This document shows, piece by piece, positions 35,488-45,253 of a stretch of 64,000 nt of DNA. Within the stretch, counting starts at the first letter, position 1; the number at the start of each line of letters is the position of its first letter. Under the pieces are notes generated by a model. The model made no database searches, was not told the origin of the DNA, and saw nothing but the letters and a program-made list of their open reading frames with translations. The translations under genes were made by a program, and so were the position numbers. Origin of the DNA: Akkermansiaceae bacterium (GTDB lineage Bacteria; Verrucomicrobiota; Verrucomicrobiia; Verrucomicrobiales; Akkermansiaceae); contig JBPOGF010000016.1 in the NCBI GenBank assembly GCA_051251915.1, forward strand, positions 32,001 to 96,000, given 5' to 3'.

Positions 35488-37001
35488 GGTTAGAAAATGT
35501 GACAGCGAAGATCCGGCCTAGAGCGCGGTGGGAGAGCATCGACTTAGGTTGTGTGATGGCTAGGCGGAGCTATGGGACGATTTTGTTGGCATGGCTGGTT
35601 TGTGTCTGGCCGTTGTGGATAGTGGGAGTGCTTGGGTTTGGTTTGATTTCTGAGGGTGGTTGGCATGTGTTTTGGTCTTCGTTTTGGATTTGGCTGACTT
35701 TGGGAATTGCGGGGAGGTTGCCGTTGCACATTATGAGCCGTGAGCTATTTGGTGAGAAGGTGACGGCGTGGGGGGTGATCAAGCTTTGGCCGAAGATGTT
35801 GTTTACGAATATTTGGCGCGGGATAATAAGTCGATTTACTGTTAGTAGGGGGTTGTCGATGCCGGTGTCTCAGCTGGAAGGGCTGAAGGGATCTGCTTAT
35901 AAGGCGAGGGTGAATTTGCTGTTGAGGAATGGTGGTGATGGAGCGACTCAGGCGGTGATGGTGTGTAACTTGATGTTGTTGGTTACGACGTTTGCTTGCT
36001 GGTTTTTTATCATGATGGTGTATCAGCTGTATGGGGAGAATGATTTGTTTGATAGGTTGTTTGAGGATTTATATATCCATGGCGATGATCATTCTACTAG
36101 TTGGTTGTTTTTGTTGTTTTATGGCATTTCGGTGACTTTGATTGAGCCGTTATTTGTGGGGGCTGGGTTTGCGATGTATGTGAATAGTCGGACTTTGACT
36201 GAGGGGTGGGACATTGAGTTATCGTTTAAGAGGTTGTCTGAGAGGATACGCGGGACTTTCAGGCAAAAGGGTGGGCAATTGTTGTTGGCATTCTGTGGGT
36301 TGTCGTTATTTATGATGTCTGATGCTTCTGCTGAGACAGCTAAGGAGCGTGCTGAGAGGATCACGAGTGCGGAGGAATATACGGTTCATGAGCGACAGAC
36401 GAAACGCTATGATAGTTCCTCTAGCAGTAGTAGTTCCTCTGGTTCTAGCTCTAGTTCTAGTGGCTCAGGTTCGTCCTCGTCATCGGCTGCTGGTAATCCG
36501 ACGGCGGTTTTCGAGGGGATATTCTTGCTGTTGTTTTGGGCGATTGTGATTGTGGTGGTTGGGTTGGTGATCTGGGTGATTATAAAGAATAGACATGCAT
36601 TGAATAAGACTAACAGTTTGGATGAGGTTGATGATTTGCCAGTGGTGACTTCTGTGATGGGGATGGATGTGACGCCGGAGAGTTTGCCGAAGGCGCTGAC
36701 TGATGAGGCTAGAGAAGCGTGGTTACGTGGGGATCAGCAGTTAGCGATGAGCTTGCTTTATCGTGGTGCAATTTCATGGATGGTGAATACGGGGCGGGTG
36801 CCTATAGTGGAGAGTGATACTGAGGATGACTGTGTGAGAAGAGTGATAGAGAAGCAGATAGCGGAGGATAGAGGTAAGTTTTTCACGAATCTAACAGAGT
36901 CTTGGGTAAAGCTGGCTTATGGTAAAAGCTTACCTCTGGAGTCAGAGGTGATGGCGATGTGTGATAGGTGGCCATTTGATGTGGAAGGAGGCAAGCGATG
37001 A
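35484..37001 (+). CDS. Membrane protein with C-terminal DUF4129 domain and Ser-rich linker
   Basis: YVNSRTLTEGWDIE, LLYRGA, TEDDC, WVKLAYG. Confidence 0.78.
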   Translation: MRLENVTAKIRPRARWESIDLGCVMARRSYGTILLAWLVCVWPLWIVGVLGFGLISEGGWHVFWSSFWIWLTLGIAGRLPLHIMSRELFGEKVTAWGVIKLWPKMLFTNIWRGIISRFTVSRGLSMPVSQLEGLKGSAYKARVNLLLRNGGDGATQAVMVCNLMLLVTTFACWFFIMMVYQLYGENDLFDRLFEDLYIHGDDHSTSWLFLLFYGISVTLIEPLFVGAGFAMYVNSRTLTEGWDIELSFKRLSERIRGTFRQKGGQLLLAFCGLSLFMMSDASAETAKERAERITSAEEYTVHERQTKRYDSSSSSSSSSGSSSSSSGSGSSSSSAAGNPTAVFEGIFLLLFWAIVIVVVGLVIWVIIKNRHALNKTNSLDEVDDLPVVTSVMGMDVTPESLPKALTDEAREAWLRGDQQLAMSLLYRGAISWMVNTGRVPIVESDTEDDCVRRVIEKQIAEDRGKFFTNLTESWVKLAYGKSLPLESEVMAMCDRWPFDVEGGKR

Positions 37002-38233
37002 TGCGGTATGCGGTAATGATCATTTTGGCTTGGCTGGTGTCAGGTTGTGGGAAGAGGACGTATACGACTGTGGATCATAATGATGGCTATAAGGGTGTGG
37101 CGAAACTGAACCCGTATCTTGCGGCGCAGACTTTATTGAAAGAAACTCATGAGCCGAATTATCAGGTGATGGTGAGAAATGGTTTCGTGAAATACGACTA
37201 TGAAACTGGTATGGTGATCTCGCCTGCTAGCACGATCAGTTCAGAGTTCATGGTGGATAAGATGCTGCGGTGGGTTAGGAATGGTGGTGTGTATGTATGC
37301 CTGCTGGAGCGTGGAGAAAAACGCTGGGTTGATGTTGGTGAGGATTGTGATCACCGGTCAAGTGATTGGACTTGGGATTGGAGTTTTGATGAAGAGGATG
37401 AGCAGGCTTTGGAGTATTTGTTAGAGCAGATGAACATTGAGATGGTGGATGATCCGTCTGGTAAGACTACTGGAGGGAGAAGCTATCATGGTGATCCTAA
37501 GGACCCGGTGGCACTGGGTGAGGAGTTGCCTTTGGTGGAGGATGTGAAGGTGAAGATGTATCAAGGTGGTGAGAGCTTGGACTTGCAGGTAGGTGGGACG
37601 AAGGTGATGAAATATAATCGACCTTTGACTTATGCAGATCGCTATCAGGAGGGTGAATACCATCGCTTCTTGGGGCTGAGTCATGGTGAGGGGAGAATTT
37701 ATTTTGTGACTGATGGGCGTCTGTTTAGAAATCCGTATTTGCCGATGAGTGATCATGCTGAGTTGTTAGAGACGATGAGCGATGAGGTGTATGGGGATAT
37801 TGTTTTTGCTTACGGGAACCGCCGTGGTTTCTGGTCGTTGATGATAAATTATGCGGGGCCGGCGTTGTTGGGAGTTTTTGTTTTGTTGGTATTTTGGCTG
37901 TGGAAGAGTATTCCGAGGTTTGGTCCGTTGTTAGAGATCCCTGAGGGGCATGCGCGTGACTATGCTCAGTCGGTATCAAATACGGGGAGATTTCTCTGGA
38001 AATACAAGAGTGGAGGTGTGCTGCTGAAGTCGATGAGAGAGAATTTACTGCGGAGTAGTGGGATGTTTAATGCTGAGGGGCAGGCGGAAGAATCATTGAT
38101 CGAGACCTTTGCTGAGAAGAGCGGGCTTGAGGTGGAAGAGGTCATCGAGGCGTTGACCAGAGAACAAGTTAACGAGGCTGGCGATATGGTCAGGATCACT
38201 AGAAATTTACAAACCATACTGAAATCATTATGA
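36998..38233 (+). CDS. DUF4350-domain protein (probable lipoprotein)
   Basis: Lipobox-like LVSGC, NPYLAA, GEGRIYFVTD, LW...RFGP; operon position. Confidence 0.72.
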   Translation: MMRYAVMIILAWLVSGCGKRTYTTVDHNDGYKGVAKLNPYLAAQTLLKETHEPNYQVMVRNGFVKYDYETGMVISPASTISSEFMVDKMLRWVRNGGVYVCLLERGEKRWVDVGEDCDHRSSDWTWDWSFDEEDEQALEYLLEQMNIEMVDDPSGKTTGGRSYHGDPKDPVALGEELPLVEDVKVKMYQGGESLDLQVGGTKVMKYNRPLTYADRYQEGEYHRFLGLSHGEGRIYFVTDGRLFRNPYLPMSDHAELLETMSDEVYGDIVFAYGNRRGFWSLMINYAGPALLGVFVLLVFWLWKSIPRFGPLLEIPEGHARDYAQSVSNTGRFLWKYKSGGVLLKSMRENLLRSSGMFNAEGQAEESLIETFAEKSGLEVEEVIEALTREQVNEAGDMVRITRNLQTILKSL

Positions 38234-39243
38234 ACGAATACGAAGAGAATCATTCCGAGAGTAACGAACCAATATCACCGTTGGCTCCACCAAGGCAGCA
38301 GGATCCTGTGCAGGGGTTGATCAGCAAGATCAGGCAGGAGCTTAAGCGGGTGTTCTTTGGGCAAGATGTGGTGGTGGATCAGGTATTGGCGACATTTCTT
38401 GCAGGTGGGCATGTGCTGCTGGAAGGTAAGCCGGGCTTGGGGAAGACGCACTTGGTTGTGGCTCTGGCGAATACGTTTGGTGGTGCTTTCAGGAGGATCC
38501 AGTTTACACCGGATTTGATGCCGAGTGATGTGACTGGTTTCACGCTTTATGATATGGGGAGCCAGACGTTCCAGGTTCGGAAGGGTCCGGTGTTTACTAA
38601 TTTGCTATTGGCTGATGAGATTAACCGTGCTCCGGCTAAGACGCAGGCTGCGCTGTTAGAGGTGATGCAGGAGCAGCAGGTTACTATTGATGGGACGAGT
38701 CATGAGTTGAGCTCTCCATTTATGACGTTGGCAACGCAGAACCCTATCGAGCAGGAGGGGACTTATCCTTTGCCAGAGGCGCAGTTGGATAGATTTTTGA
38801 TGAAGGTGATCATTGATTACCCGAATAATGAGGATGAGACTACTGTGGTGAATCAGGTGACGAGTGGGGGTGGGCTAGATCCATCCGAGGTGGAGACTGT
38901 TTGTGATCCGCAGACGATAGTGGAAGCTCAAAAGCGAGTTTCACAGGTGCGCTGTGTGGAGGAAGTGGTTCAGTATGCTGTGAATCTTGCTCGTGCTACA
39001 CGAACTGCGCAGGGGATAAGTCTGGGTGCTGGGACTCGTGGAGCGATTAGTTTGATCAAGGTGGGTAAAGCGGTGGCGGTTATGTCAGGGAGAGACTTTG
39101 TGACTCCTGATGATGTGAAATATGCTGCGCTTCCTGTTCTTAGGCATCGAATCCAGCTAGCACCTGAACTGGCTATCAGTGGGCAGAATGTGGATGATGC
39201 GCTTAATGCTATTATTGCGGGAGTGGAGGCTCCTAGAGTTTAA
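38230..39243 (+). CDS. moxR: MoxR-family AAA+ ATPase
   Basis: GKPGLGKT, RIQFTPDLMPSD, LADEINRAP, ATQNPIEQEGTY. Confidence 0.93.
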   Translation: MNEYEENHSESNEPISPLAPPRQQDPVQGLISKIRQELKRVFFGQDVVVDQVLATFLAGGHVLLEGKPGLGKTHLVVALANTFGGAFRRIQFTPDLMPSDVTGFTLYDMGSQTFQVRKGPVFTNLLLADEINRAPAKTQAALLEVMQEQQVTIDGTSHELSSPFMTLATQNPIEQEGTYPLPEAQLDRFLMKVIIDYPNNEDETTVVNQVTSGGGLDPSEVETVCDPQTIVEAQKRVSQVRCVEEVVQYAVNLARATRTAQGISLGAGTRGAISLIKVGKAVAVMSGRDFVTPDDVKYAALPVLRHRIQLAPELAISGQNVDDALNAIIAGVEAPRV

Positions 39244-39268
39244 CAGAAGTAGAAAAGAGATAGAAATT

Positions 39269-40720
39269 TTGTTAGAACATTTTCCATTGGTATTAGCTGA
39301 GGTGTATCTTGAGTTCCTGAAGAACTTAGGGCTCTTCATTGTCGCGCCTGTTGTGATCTGTACTGTTTTGTGGGGTCAGCTTAAGGTGCGACCTACGAAG
39401 AAGGTTATCTGGGGGATTACTATCTGGATCGCTGCGTGGTTAGGGTGGAAGATTCTGGGCTATGCCGATGCTGGCTGGGTAGAAACCTTAGTGAAGGTTC
39501 TGGGGTATGTGTGGCAATATGGGTTGTTGTTTTTTGCGGGATTGGTGGTGTTGGATTTCTGTGTGTTGTTGGTGTTACCATCTCCTAGTACTGCGCGAAA
39601 AGCGCCGTCAAGGTTTGCTAGTGGGGTGAGTAGTGATGTGGAGGTGAAGATCTCTAACAATTCTGCGTTTTCGATGAAGGTGATGTTTCATGATGGTCTG
39701 CCGATGGAGGCGATCTGTCAGGCGTTGCCTTGGAGAGGGCAGTTGCCATCGAATGGATTTCATAAGATTACTTATCCATTGGAGTTGATTGAGCGGGGGG
39801 ATACAGTGATAGAGAAGTCTTACTTGGAGTATCGCACGCTGTTAGGGCTTTGGTCGCGGCAGGTGCGGAGTGGTGAGGAAGTGGAGACGAAGGTGTATCC
39901 GAATTATGAGCCGATCGTTAGATACGCGTTGTTGACGATGGAGAGTAGTCCTGAGCAGATGGGGATAGTGATGAAGAATCGTATTGGGATGAGTAAGGAG
40001 TTTCATCAACTACGAGATTATCAGTTGGGGGATATGCTTTCGCAGATTGACTGGAAGGCGTCATCTAAGCATCGTTCGTTGATTAGTAGGGATTATCAGG
40101 AGCAGAAGGACCAGAATGTTATTTTAGTGGTTGATTGTGGTAGGAGGATGCGTGCTGTTGATGGTGGGATTCCTCAGTTTGATCATTGTTTGAATGCAAT
40201 GCTGTTGCTTTCTTATGTTGCTTTGAAACAGGGGGATCATGTGGGGGTATTGAGTTTTGGTGGGACTGAGAGGTGGTTGCCGCCGGTGAAGGGTGTGCAG
40301 TCGATGACGACTTTGTTGAATCATTTGTATGATTATAAAACGACGGCTAGTCCGAGTGATTTCTCAGAGGCTGCTGAGCGGTTGTTGACGCGTCAGCGGA
40401 GGCGGGCATTGGTGATTGTGCTGACGAATGTGAGGGGTGAGGATGGGCATGAACTGGTAGAGCCGTTGCGTAAAATAAGGCAGAAGCATGTGGTGATGGT
40501 GGCTAACCTTCAAGAGAAAGAAGTGATGGATAGGTATAAGAAGGAAGTTACTGGGCTTGATGACGCTTTGACACTTGGTGCTACGCAGATGTATCTGGAC
40601 GAGCGAGCAGCGATTATGAGGCAGCTGGAAAGCCATGGGGTGAGCACGGTGGATGCTACGGCGCAAAACTTACCTGTAGCGCTGGCTAACCGCTATTTAG
40701 CGGAGCGGGAGAGTGTTTAG
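39269..40720 (+). CDS. DUF58 (VWA-like) protein; start uncertain
   Basis: EFHQLRDYQLGD...IDWKAS, DCGRRM; TTG at 39269 chosen to avoid overlap with moxR. Confidence 0.85.
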   Translation: MLEHFPLVLAEVYLEFLKNLGLFIVAPVVICTVLWGQLKVRPTKKVIWGITIWIAAWLGWKILGYADAGWVETLVKVLGYVWQYGLLFFAGLVVLDFCVLLVLPSPSTARKAPSRFASGVSSDVEVKISNNSAFSMKVMFHDGLPMEAICQALPWRGQLPSNGFHKITYPLELIERGDTVIEKSYLEYRTLLGLWSRQVRSGEEVETKVYPNYEPIVRYALLTMESSPEQMGIVMKNRIGMSKEFHQLRDYQLGDMLSQIDWKASSKHRSLISRDYQEQKDQNVILVVDCGRRMRAVDGGIPQFDHCLNAMLLLSYVALKQGDHVGVLSFGGTERWLPPVKGVQSMTTLLNHLYDYKTTASPSDFSEAAERLLTRQRRRALVIVLTNVRGEDGHELVEPLRKIRQKHVVMVANLQEKEVMDRYKKEVTGLDDALTLGATQMYLDERAAIMRQLESHGVSTVDATAQNLPVALANRYLAERESV

Positions 40721-40775
40721 GGAATTAGGAATTAGGAATTAGGAATTAGGAATTAGGAATTAGGAATTAGGAATT
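40721..40775. repeat. Heptamer tandem repeat (GGAATTA) x7 plus a partial copy
   Basis: Perfect tandem array between the convergent DUF58 and tmk genes. Confidence 0.97.
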
Positions 40776-41369
40776 TTTGAGGGAAATTTGTAGCATTTGG
40801 TTGTGGATTTCTGGGATGGATTTTGATGAGTCTATGATGTGGGCGAAGGGTTCGTGGCTGACGCTGAGGAATGTGTCGCGGCAGTATTGTAGGGCGTCGC
40901 GTTGTTCGAATTCGTTGGTGGTGTCTCCGCGGACTCCGATTCTTTCTCTGGCTTGGTCTACGCAGAGGTCTAGGATGAAGAGTATGTCTGGGTTGGGGGC
41001 GAAGCTTAGGTTGGTTTCGCGGATTTCTTGTTGGTCAAACCCTCGTTGTCCTTGGTATGCCATGGTGGAGAAATAGTAGCGGTCGAGGATGACGGTTTCG
41101 CCTCGGTTGAGGGCTGGGAGGATGATCTCGTCTAGGTGGTGTTTTCTGTCTTGGTGGAAGAGGTCTAGTTCTTCTTGTGGTGAGAGTCTGCCAGTGGTGG
41201 CGCTGTCGCGGAGGATTTTTCCGTAGGGGCCGTCTGATGGTTCGCGGTCTAGGACGACGGTTTTGCCAGCGTCTTCTAGTGCTTGTTTGAGCATTTTGGC
41301 TTGGGTGGATTTCCCGGTGCCATCGATACCTTCGATGACGATGAATAGTCCTGTGTCTGAGCGTTTCAT
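40767..41369 (-). CDS. tmk: Thymidylate kinase
   Basis: EGIDGTGKSTQ, REP, DRYYFSTMAYQG. Confidence 0.95.
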   Translation of the reverse strand: MKRSDTGLFIVIEGIDGTGKSTQAKMLKQALEDAGKTVVLDREPSDGPYGKILRDSATTGRLSPQEELDLFHQDRKHHLDEIILPALNRGETVILDRYYFSTMAYQGQRGFDQQEIRETNLSFAPNPDILFILDLCVDQARERIGVRGDTTNEFEQRDALQYCRDTFLSVSHEPFAHIIDSSKSIPEIHNQMLQISLKNS

Positions 41370-42452
41370 TTAAACTTCGTCTTCAGGGTAAAGGTGTCTG
41401 TATTTGATAGATTCACAGGCGACTAGTGCGGCGGTGCCTGCGATCATTTCAACACTGGCTGTCATGGGTACCTGAGCGGCGTGGCGGGTGAGGCCCATGA
41501 TGAGCTGGCCGTAGCAGTTGGTGTTGGCTACGTGTTGGAGGAGTTTGTAGGCGATGTGTGAGGCGTCGAGATTGGGGAAAACGAGGACATCGGCAGGTTG
41601 TTGGGCGCGGGTGTCATTGAGTTTTATTTTAGCAGCTACGGCATCGAGCGCTACATCTGCCTGGAGTTCACCGTCGATTTCTATATCAAGATATTCTTTG
41701 CTGATGATGTCTTTGGCTAGAACGGTGGCGGCTTGCATTTTAAGTGATGATGCGCTTTTCATGCTGCCGTGGGTGGAGTGGCTGAGCATGGCTACTCTGG
41801 GAGTGCGGCCAAGTAGGTGGTGCGCTAGCTTACCGGTTTCTATGGCGATGGATGCAAGCTCGGTGACATCTGGCTCTGGGTTAATTCCGCAGTCAGCGAG
41901 TAGAATGAGGCCGTCTTTGCCGAAGTTTTCTATGTGTGGGGCGGTCATGGCGACTACTCCGAATCGTTTGGGGACGTGAGCTAGGGGTTTGATGAAATTT
42001 GCCACGGCTCTGGCGATGGCTGCGGGCTGAGATTTATTACCTGATATGATGCCGTCTGCTTGGCCGTATTGGACCATCATGGCGGCAAAGTTGTGTGGTC
42101 TTGAGATGAGTTCTCTGGGGTCGTCAATCACTTTGCCTTGATATTTAGCGATATTTGCTAGTCTGCTACAGAAGAGCGGAAGGTCAGATGCCTTCTTAGG
42201 ATCTAGGATATGGATGAAAGAGGTGTCTATTTTGTGATTAATAGCGAGCACTTTGATGCGGGCTTTATCTCCAAGGAGAATGGGTGCAATGATCTCATCT
42301 TTAACGAGTCTTGCGGCGGCTTCAAGCACGCGGATATCTTCACCATCAGTGAAAACTATACGTTTTGGGTGTCTTTTTAGTGAGTCATGCAGTCTCGCTT
42401 TGAGTTTGTCTGATGCGTTGTTTGACTCGTTGGGGTCAGTTTTCTCTTTCAT
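41370..42452 (-). CDS. pta: Phosphate acetyltransferase (PTA/PTB family)
   Basis: RIVFTDGEDIRVL, ADCGINPEP, AMLSHST, DGELQADVAL, VFPNLDA; likely start MKEK at 42452. Confidence 0.85.
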   Translation of the reverse strand: MKEKTDPNESNNASDKLKARLHDSLKRHPKRIVFTDGEDIRVLEAAARLVKDEIIAPILLGDKARIKVLAINHKIDTSFIHILDPKKASDLPLFCSRLANIAKYQGKVIDDPRELISRPHNFAAMMVQYGQADGIISGNKSQPAAIARAVANFIKPLAHVPKRFGVVAMTAPHIENFGKDGLILLADCGINPEPDVTELASIAIETGKLAHHLLGRTPRVAMLSHSTHGSMKSASSLKMQAATVLAKDIISKEYLDIEIDGELQADVALDAVAAKIKLNDTRAQQPADVLVFPNLDASHIAYKLLQHVANTNCYGQLIMGLTRHAAQVPMTASVEMIAGTAALVACESIKYRHLYPEDEV

Positions 42453-42676
42453 GATAGTAAGATTTTTACGATGTTTGGAGAATATGAATAAACTTTGCGT
42501 GTGGGCAACTGAAATGTGAGGGATGTTGACTAAAAAAAGCAGTATTTTTTGCAGATAACTATCGTGAATGACTTGACTTTTAGTATCAAGTGGCTTTATG
42601 GATGCTTCCAACATCCGATTTCTCGACGAAATAACCTACAGTAGGCGGATCAATAACACATAACAAAATCACTCAG

Positions 42677-43723
42677 ATGGCGGCTAAAATCTATACAAAT
42701 AAGGACTGTAATCTCGCTAGTATTAAGCGTAAAAAACTTGCAGTAATCGGTTTCGGATCACAGGGACATGCACATGCCCTTAACCTAAAAGAAAGCGGAT
42801 GCGATGTAACCATCGGTCTCTATGCTAAATCAAAATCACGTGCAGTGGCTAAGAAGCTAGGCTTCGAGGTAATGAGCACAGCTGATGCAGTGAAAGAGTG
42901 TGATGTGATCATGGTCGCTCTTCCTGATACAGTAATTCCTGAAGTGTATGAGGCGGAGATCGCTCCAAACCTTCGTAAGGGACAAACACTCATTTTCTGT
43001 CACGGCTTCGCAGTTCACTTTGGTTTCATTTCAGTTCCTACTGATGTGAACGTGATCATGGTGGCACCTAAGGGACCTGGACACACAGTTCGCTCACAGT
43101 ATGTAGCTGGTAAGGGAGTTCCTACTCTCATCGCTATTGAGAATGACGCTACTGGCAAGGCTAAGAACATTGCACTTGCATGGGCTAAAGGCATTGGTGG
43201 TTCACGCGCAGGTGTTTTCGAGACAAACTTTAGAGAAGAGACAGTGACTGACCTATTTGGTGAGCAAGTGGTTCTCTGTGGTGGTGCATCTGCACTTGTT
43301 AAGGCTGGATTCGAGACTCTCGTTGAAGCTGGATACGCACCAGAAATGGCATATTTCGAGTGTCTACATGAGCTTAAGCTTATTGTTGACCTTATGGTTG
43401 AGAGTGGAATTGCAGGAATGCGTTTCTCTATCTCAGAGACAGCTGAATACGGTGACGTAACAGTAGGGCCTAAGATCATTAACGATTCAGTGAAGAAGCG
43501 TATGGCTGCACAGCTTAAGCGCATTGAGAAAGGTCAATTCGCTAAAGAGTGGATGGCTGAATACCAAGGTGGCTGCAAGGAGTTCAACAAGATCCGTGAA
43601 GAAGGCAAGAAGCACGAGATCGAAAAAGTTGGTGAGAAGCTTCGCGGCACAATGAGCTGGATTAAGAAGTCAAAAATTGGCAAGGGAACTTCCCAAGCGT
43701 CATACGAATCAGCTTCTAACTAA
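42677..43723 (+). CDS. ilvC: Ketol-acid reductoisomerase
   Basis: GFGSQGHAHA, APKGPGH, DLFGEQVVLCGG, SETAEYG. Confidence 0.97.
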   Translation: MAAKIYTNKDCNLASIKRKKLAVIGFGSQGHAHALNLKESGCDVTIGLYAKSKSRAVAKKLGFEVMSTADAVKECDVIMVALPDTVIPEVYEAEIAPNLRKGQTLIFCHGFAVHFGFISVPTDVNVIMVAPKGPGHTVRSQYVAGKGVPTLIAIENDATGKAKNIALAWAKGIGGSRAGVFETNFREETVTDLFGEQVVLCGGASALVKAGFETLVEAGYAPEMAYFECLHELKLIVDLMVESGIAGMRFSISETAEYGDVTVGPKIINDSVKKRMAAQLKRIEKGQFAKEWMAEYQGGCKEFNKIREEGKKHEIEKVGEKLRGTMSWIKKSKIGKGTSQASYESASN

Positions 43724-43751
43724 TCACTAGATAACATTTAATACCATAAGT

Positions 43752-43790
43752 AGATCCATCCGGTATTAGCTGGATGGATCTTCTTTTTTT
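43752..43790 (+). terminator. Rho-independent terminator after ilvC
   Basis: AGATCCATCCGG...CTGGATGGATCT stem followed by a T-tract. Confidence 0.85.
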
Positions 43791-43946
43791 AGAGAAGTCT
43801 GCAAAACCGCAAATGTCTGAAGTATAGGCTAGTTCTGACTCAGGTTTAGGAATTATTTTAAGTGAGATTATTACGCATCTCTTCCTTGCATAATCGGCAG
43901 TTTTCTATTTCACTCCACCTCACCAAGAGGGAAATCATTTACCAAC

Positions 43947-45173
43947 ATGGCACTCATCGTTCAAAAATATGGAGGCACATCAGTAGGATCGCTTGACCGC
44001 ATCCGCAATGTAGCTAACCGCATCAAGGCACTTCGTGAAGAAGGCAATCAAGTAGTAGCAGTCGTCTCCGCGATGGGTGGAGTGACTGATAAGCTTATCT
44101 CTATGGCTACTGAGTTAAATTCTAATCCACCAGAGCGGGAGATGGATGTGTTGCTATCTACGGGTGAGCAGCAGTCGATAGCTCTTGTGACTATGGCGCT
44201 ACAGGAAATGGGCGTGGAGGCGGTATCTGTGACTGGTAGGCAGGCTGGTATTATGACTACGGGGTCGCATACGCGGGGTAAGATAGAGTCGATTAATCCT
44301 GATATGATGCAGGGTTTTCTCGATGATGGGAAGGTGATCATTTGTGCTGGCTTCCAGGGGTTGCGCACTGATGGCATGATACATACGCTTGGTAGGGGAG
44401 GTTCTGACCTTACTGCTATAGCTGTGGCGGCGGCGTTGAAGGCTGATGTTTGTCAGATTTTGACCGATGTGGATGGTGTATACACTAGTGATCCACGAGT
44501 GGTAAAAGATGCTCGTAAGTTACCAGAAATTTCTTATGATGAGATGCTAGAGATGGCGTCATCTGGTACGAAAGTGATGCAGTCACGCTCAGTAGAATTT
44601 GCAAAGAAATATGGAGTTGTCTTCGAGGTCCGCTCCAGCCTCAATAATAATCCAGGAACCATAGTAACAGAAGAACACGATAAAATGGAAGCAGTAGTCA
44701 TCAGAGGCGTATCGATAGAACGCTCACAAGCCCGAGTCACCATCACTGGCATCCCAGACGAGCCAGGAATGTCAGCCACCATCCTTACTTGCTTAGCAGA
44801 TGCGGAGGTGAACATCGACATGATCATTTCTAACACAGCGTATGATGGACTTGCGCGACATTCGTTCACTATGCACAGCAATGATCTTGGAAGAGCTCAG
44901 GCTGCGCTTAAGCCATGCATTGCAGAGTTAAGTTCTGATTCAGAGATCATTACTGAGGCTGGGATTGCTAAGCTTTCTTGTGTTGGAATTGGCATGCGTT
45001 CACATTCTGGTGTGGCGGCGAAAATGTTTAAGGCACTGGGTGATGCAGGTATTAATATTGGTATGATCACTACTTCAGAGATCAAGATCGCGGTTACTGT
45101 GGATGAGAGCAGGATCGAAGATGCGGCTAGAGCGGTGCATACTGTTTTCGAGCTTGATAAGGCTCCTGCTTAA
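43947..45173 (+). CDS. lysC: Aspartokinase (alpha subunit)
   Basis: QKYGGTSV, TLGRGGSD, DVDGVYTSDPR, two ACT domains ending TSEIKI. Confidence 0.96.
   Translation: MALIVQKYGGTSVGSLDRIRNVANRIKALREEGNQVVAVVSAMGGVTDKLISMATELNSNPPEREMDVLLSTGEQQSIALVTMALQEMGVEAVSVTGRQAGIMTTGSHTRGKIESINPDMMQGFLDDGKVIICAGFQGLRTDGMIHTLGRGGSDLTAIAVAAALKADVCQILTDVDGVYTSDPRVVKDARKLPEISYDEMLEMASSGTKVMQSRSVEFAKKYGVVFEVRSSLNNNPGTIVTEEHDKMEAVVIRGVSIERSQARVTITGIPDEPGMSATILTCLADAEVNIDMIISNTAYDGLARHSFTMHSNDLGRAQAALKPCIAELSSDSEIITEAGIAKLSCVGIGMRSHSGVAAKMFKALGDAGINIGMITTSEIKIAVTVDESRIEDAARAVHTVFELDKAPA
44685..45173 (+). CDS. lysC: Probable aspartokinase beta subunit from an in-frame internal start (M247)
   Basis: MEAVVIRGV resembles the beta start of alpha2beta2 aspartokinases; local A/C-rich patch around the ATG. 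Confidence 0.6.
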   Translation: MEAVVIRGVSIERSQARVTITGIPDEPGMSATILTCLADAEVNIDMIISNTAYDGLARHSFTMHSNDLGRAQAALKPCIAELSSDSEIITEAGIAKLSCVGIGMRSHSGVAAKMFKALGDAGINIGMITTSEIKIAVTVDESRIEDAARAVHTVFELDKAPA

Positions 45174-45196
45174 GAGAACTGAACTTTTAGAAATTT

Positions 45197-45227
45197 AAAG
45201 CCCTACTTTTGCAAGTAGGGCTTTTTT
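45197..45227. terminator. Terminator between lysC and the convergent protease gene
   Basis: AAAGCCCTACTT-TTGC-AAGTAGGGCTTTTTT. Confidence 0.85.
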
Positions 45228-45253
45228 GCGTTTCGAGTTTGAAGTTATTTAGG

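Noticed and set aside
40721..40775. Repeat array as CRISPR
   Set aside because: Perfect 7-mer tandem repeat without spacers
43790..43946. Lysine riboswitch upstream of lysC
   Set aside because: The region is short and lacks recognisable L-box conserved elements or an attenuator
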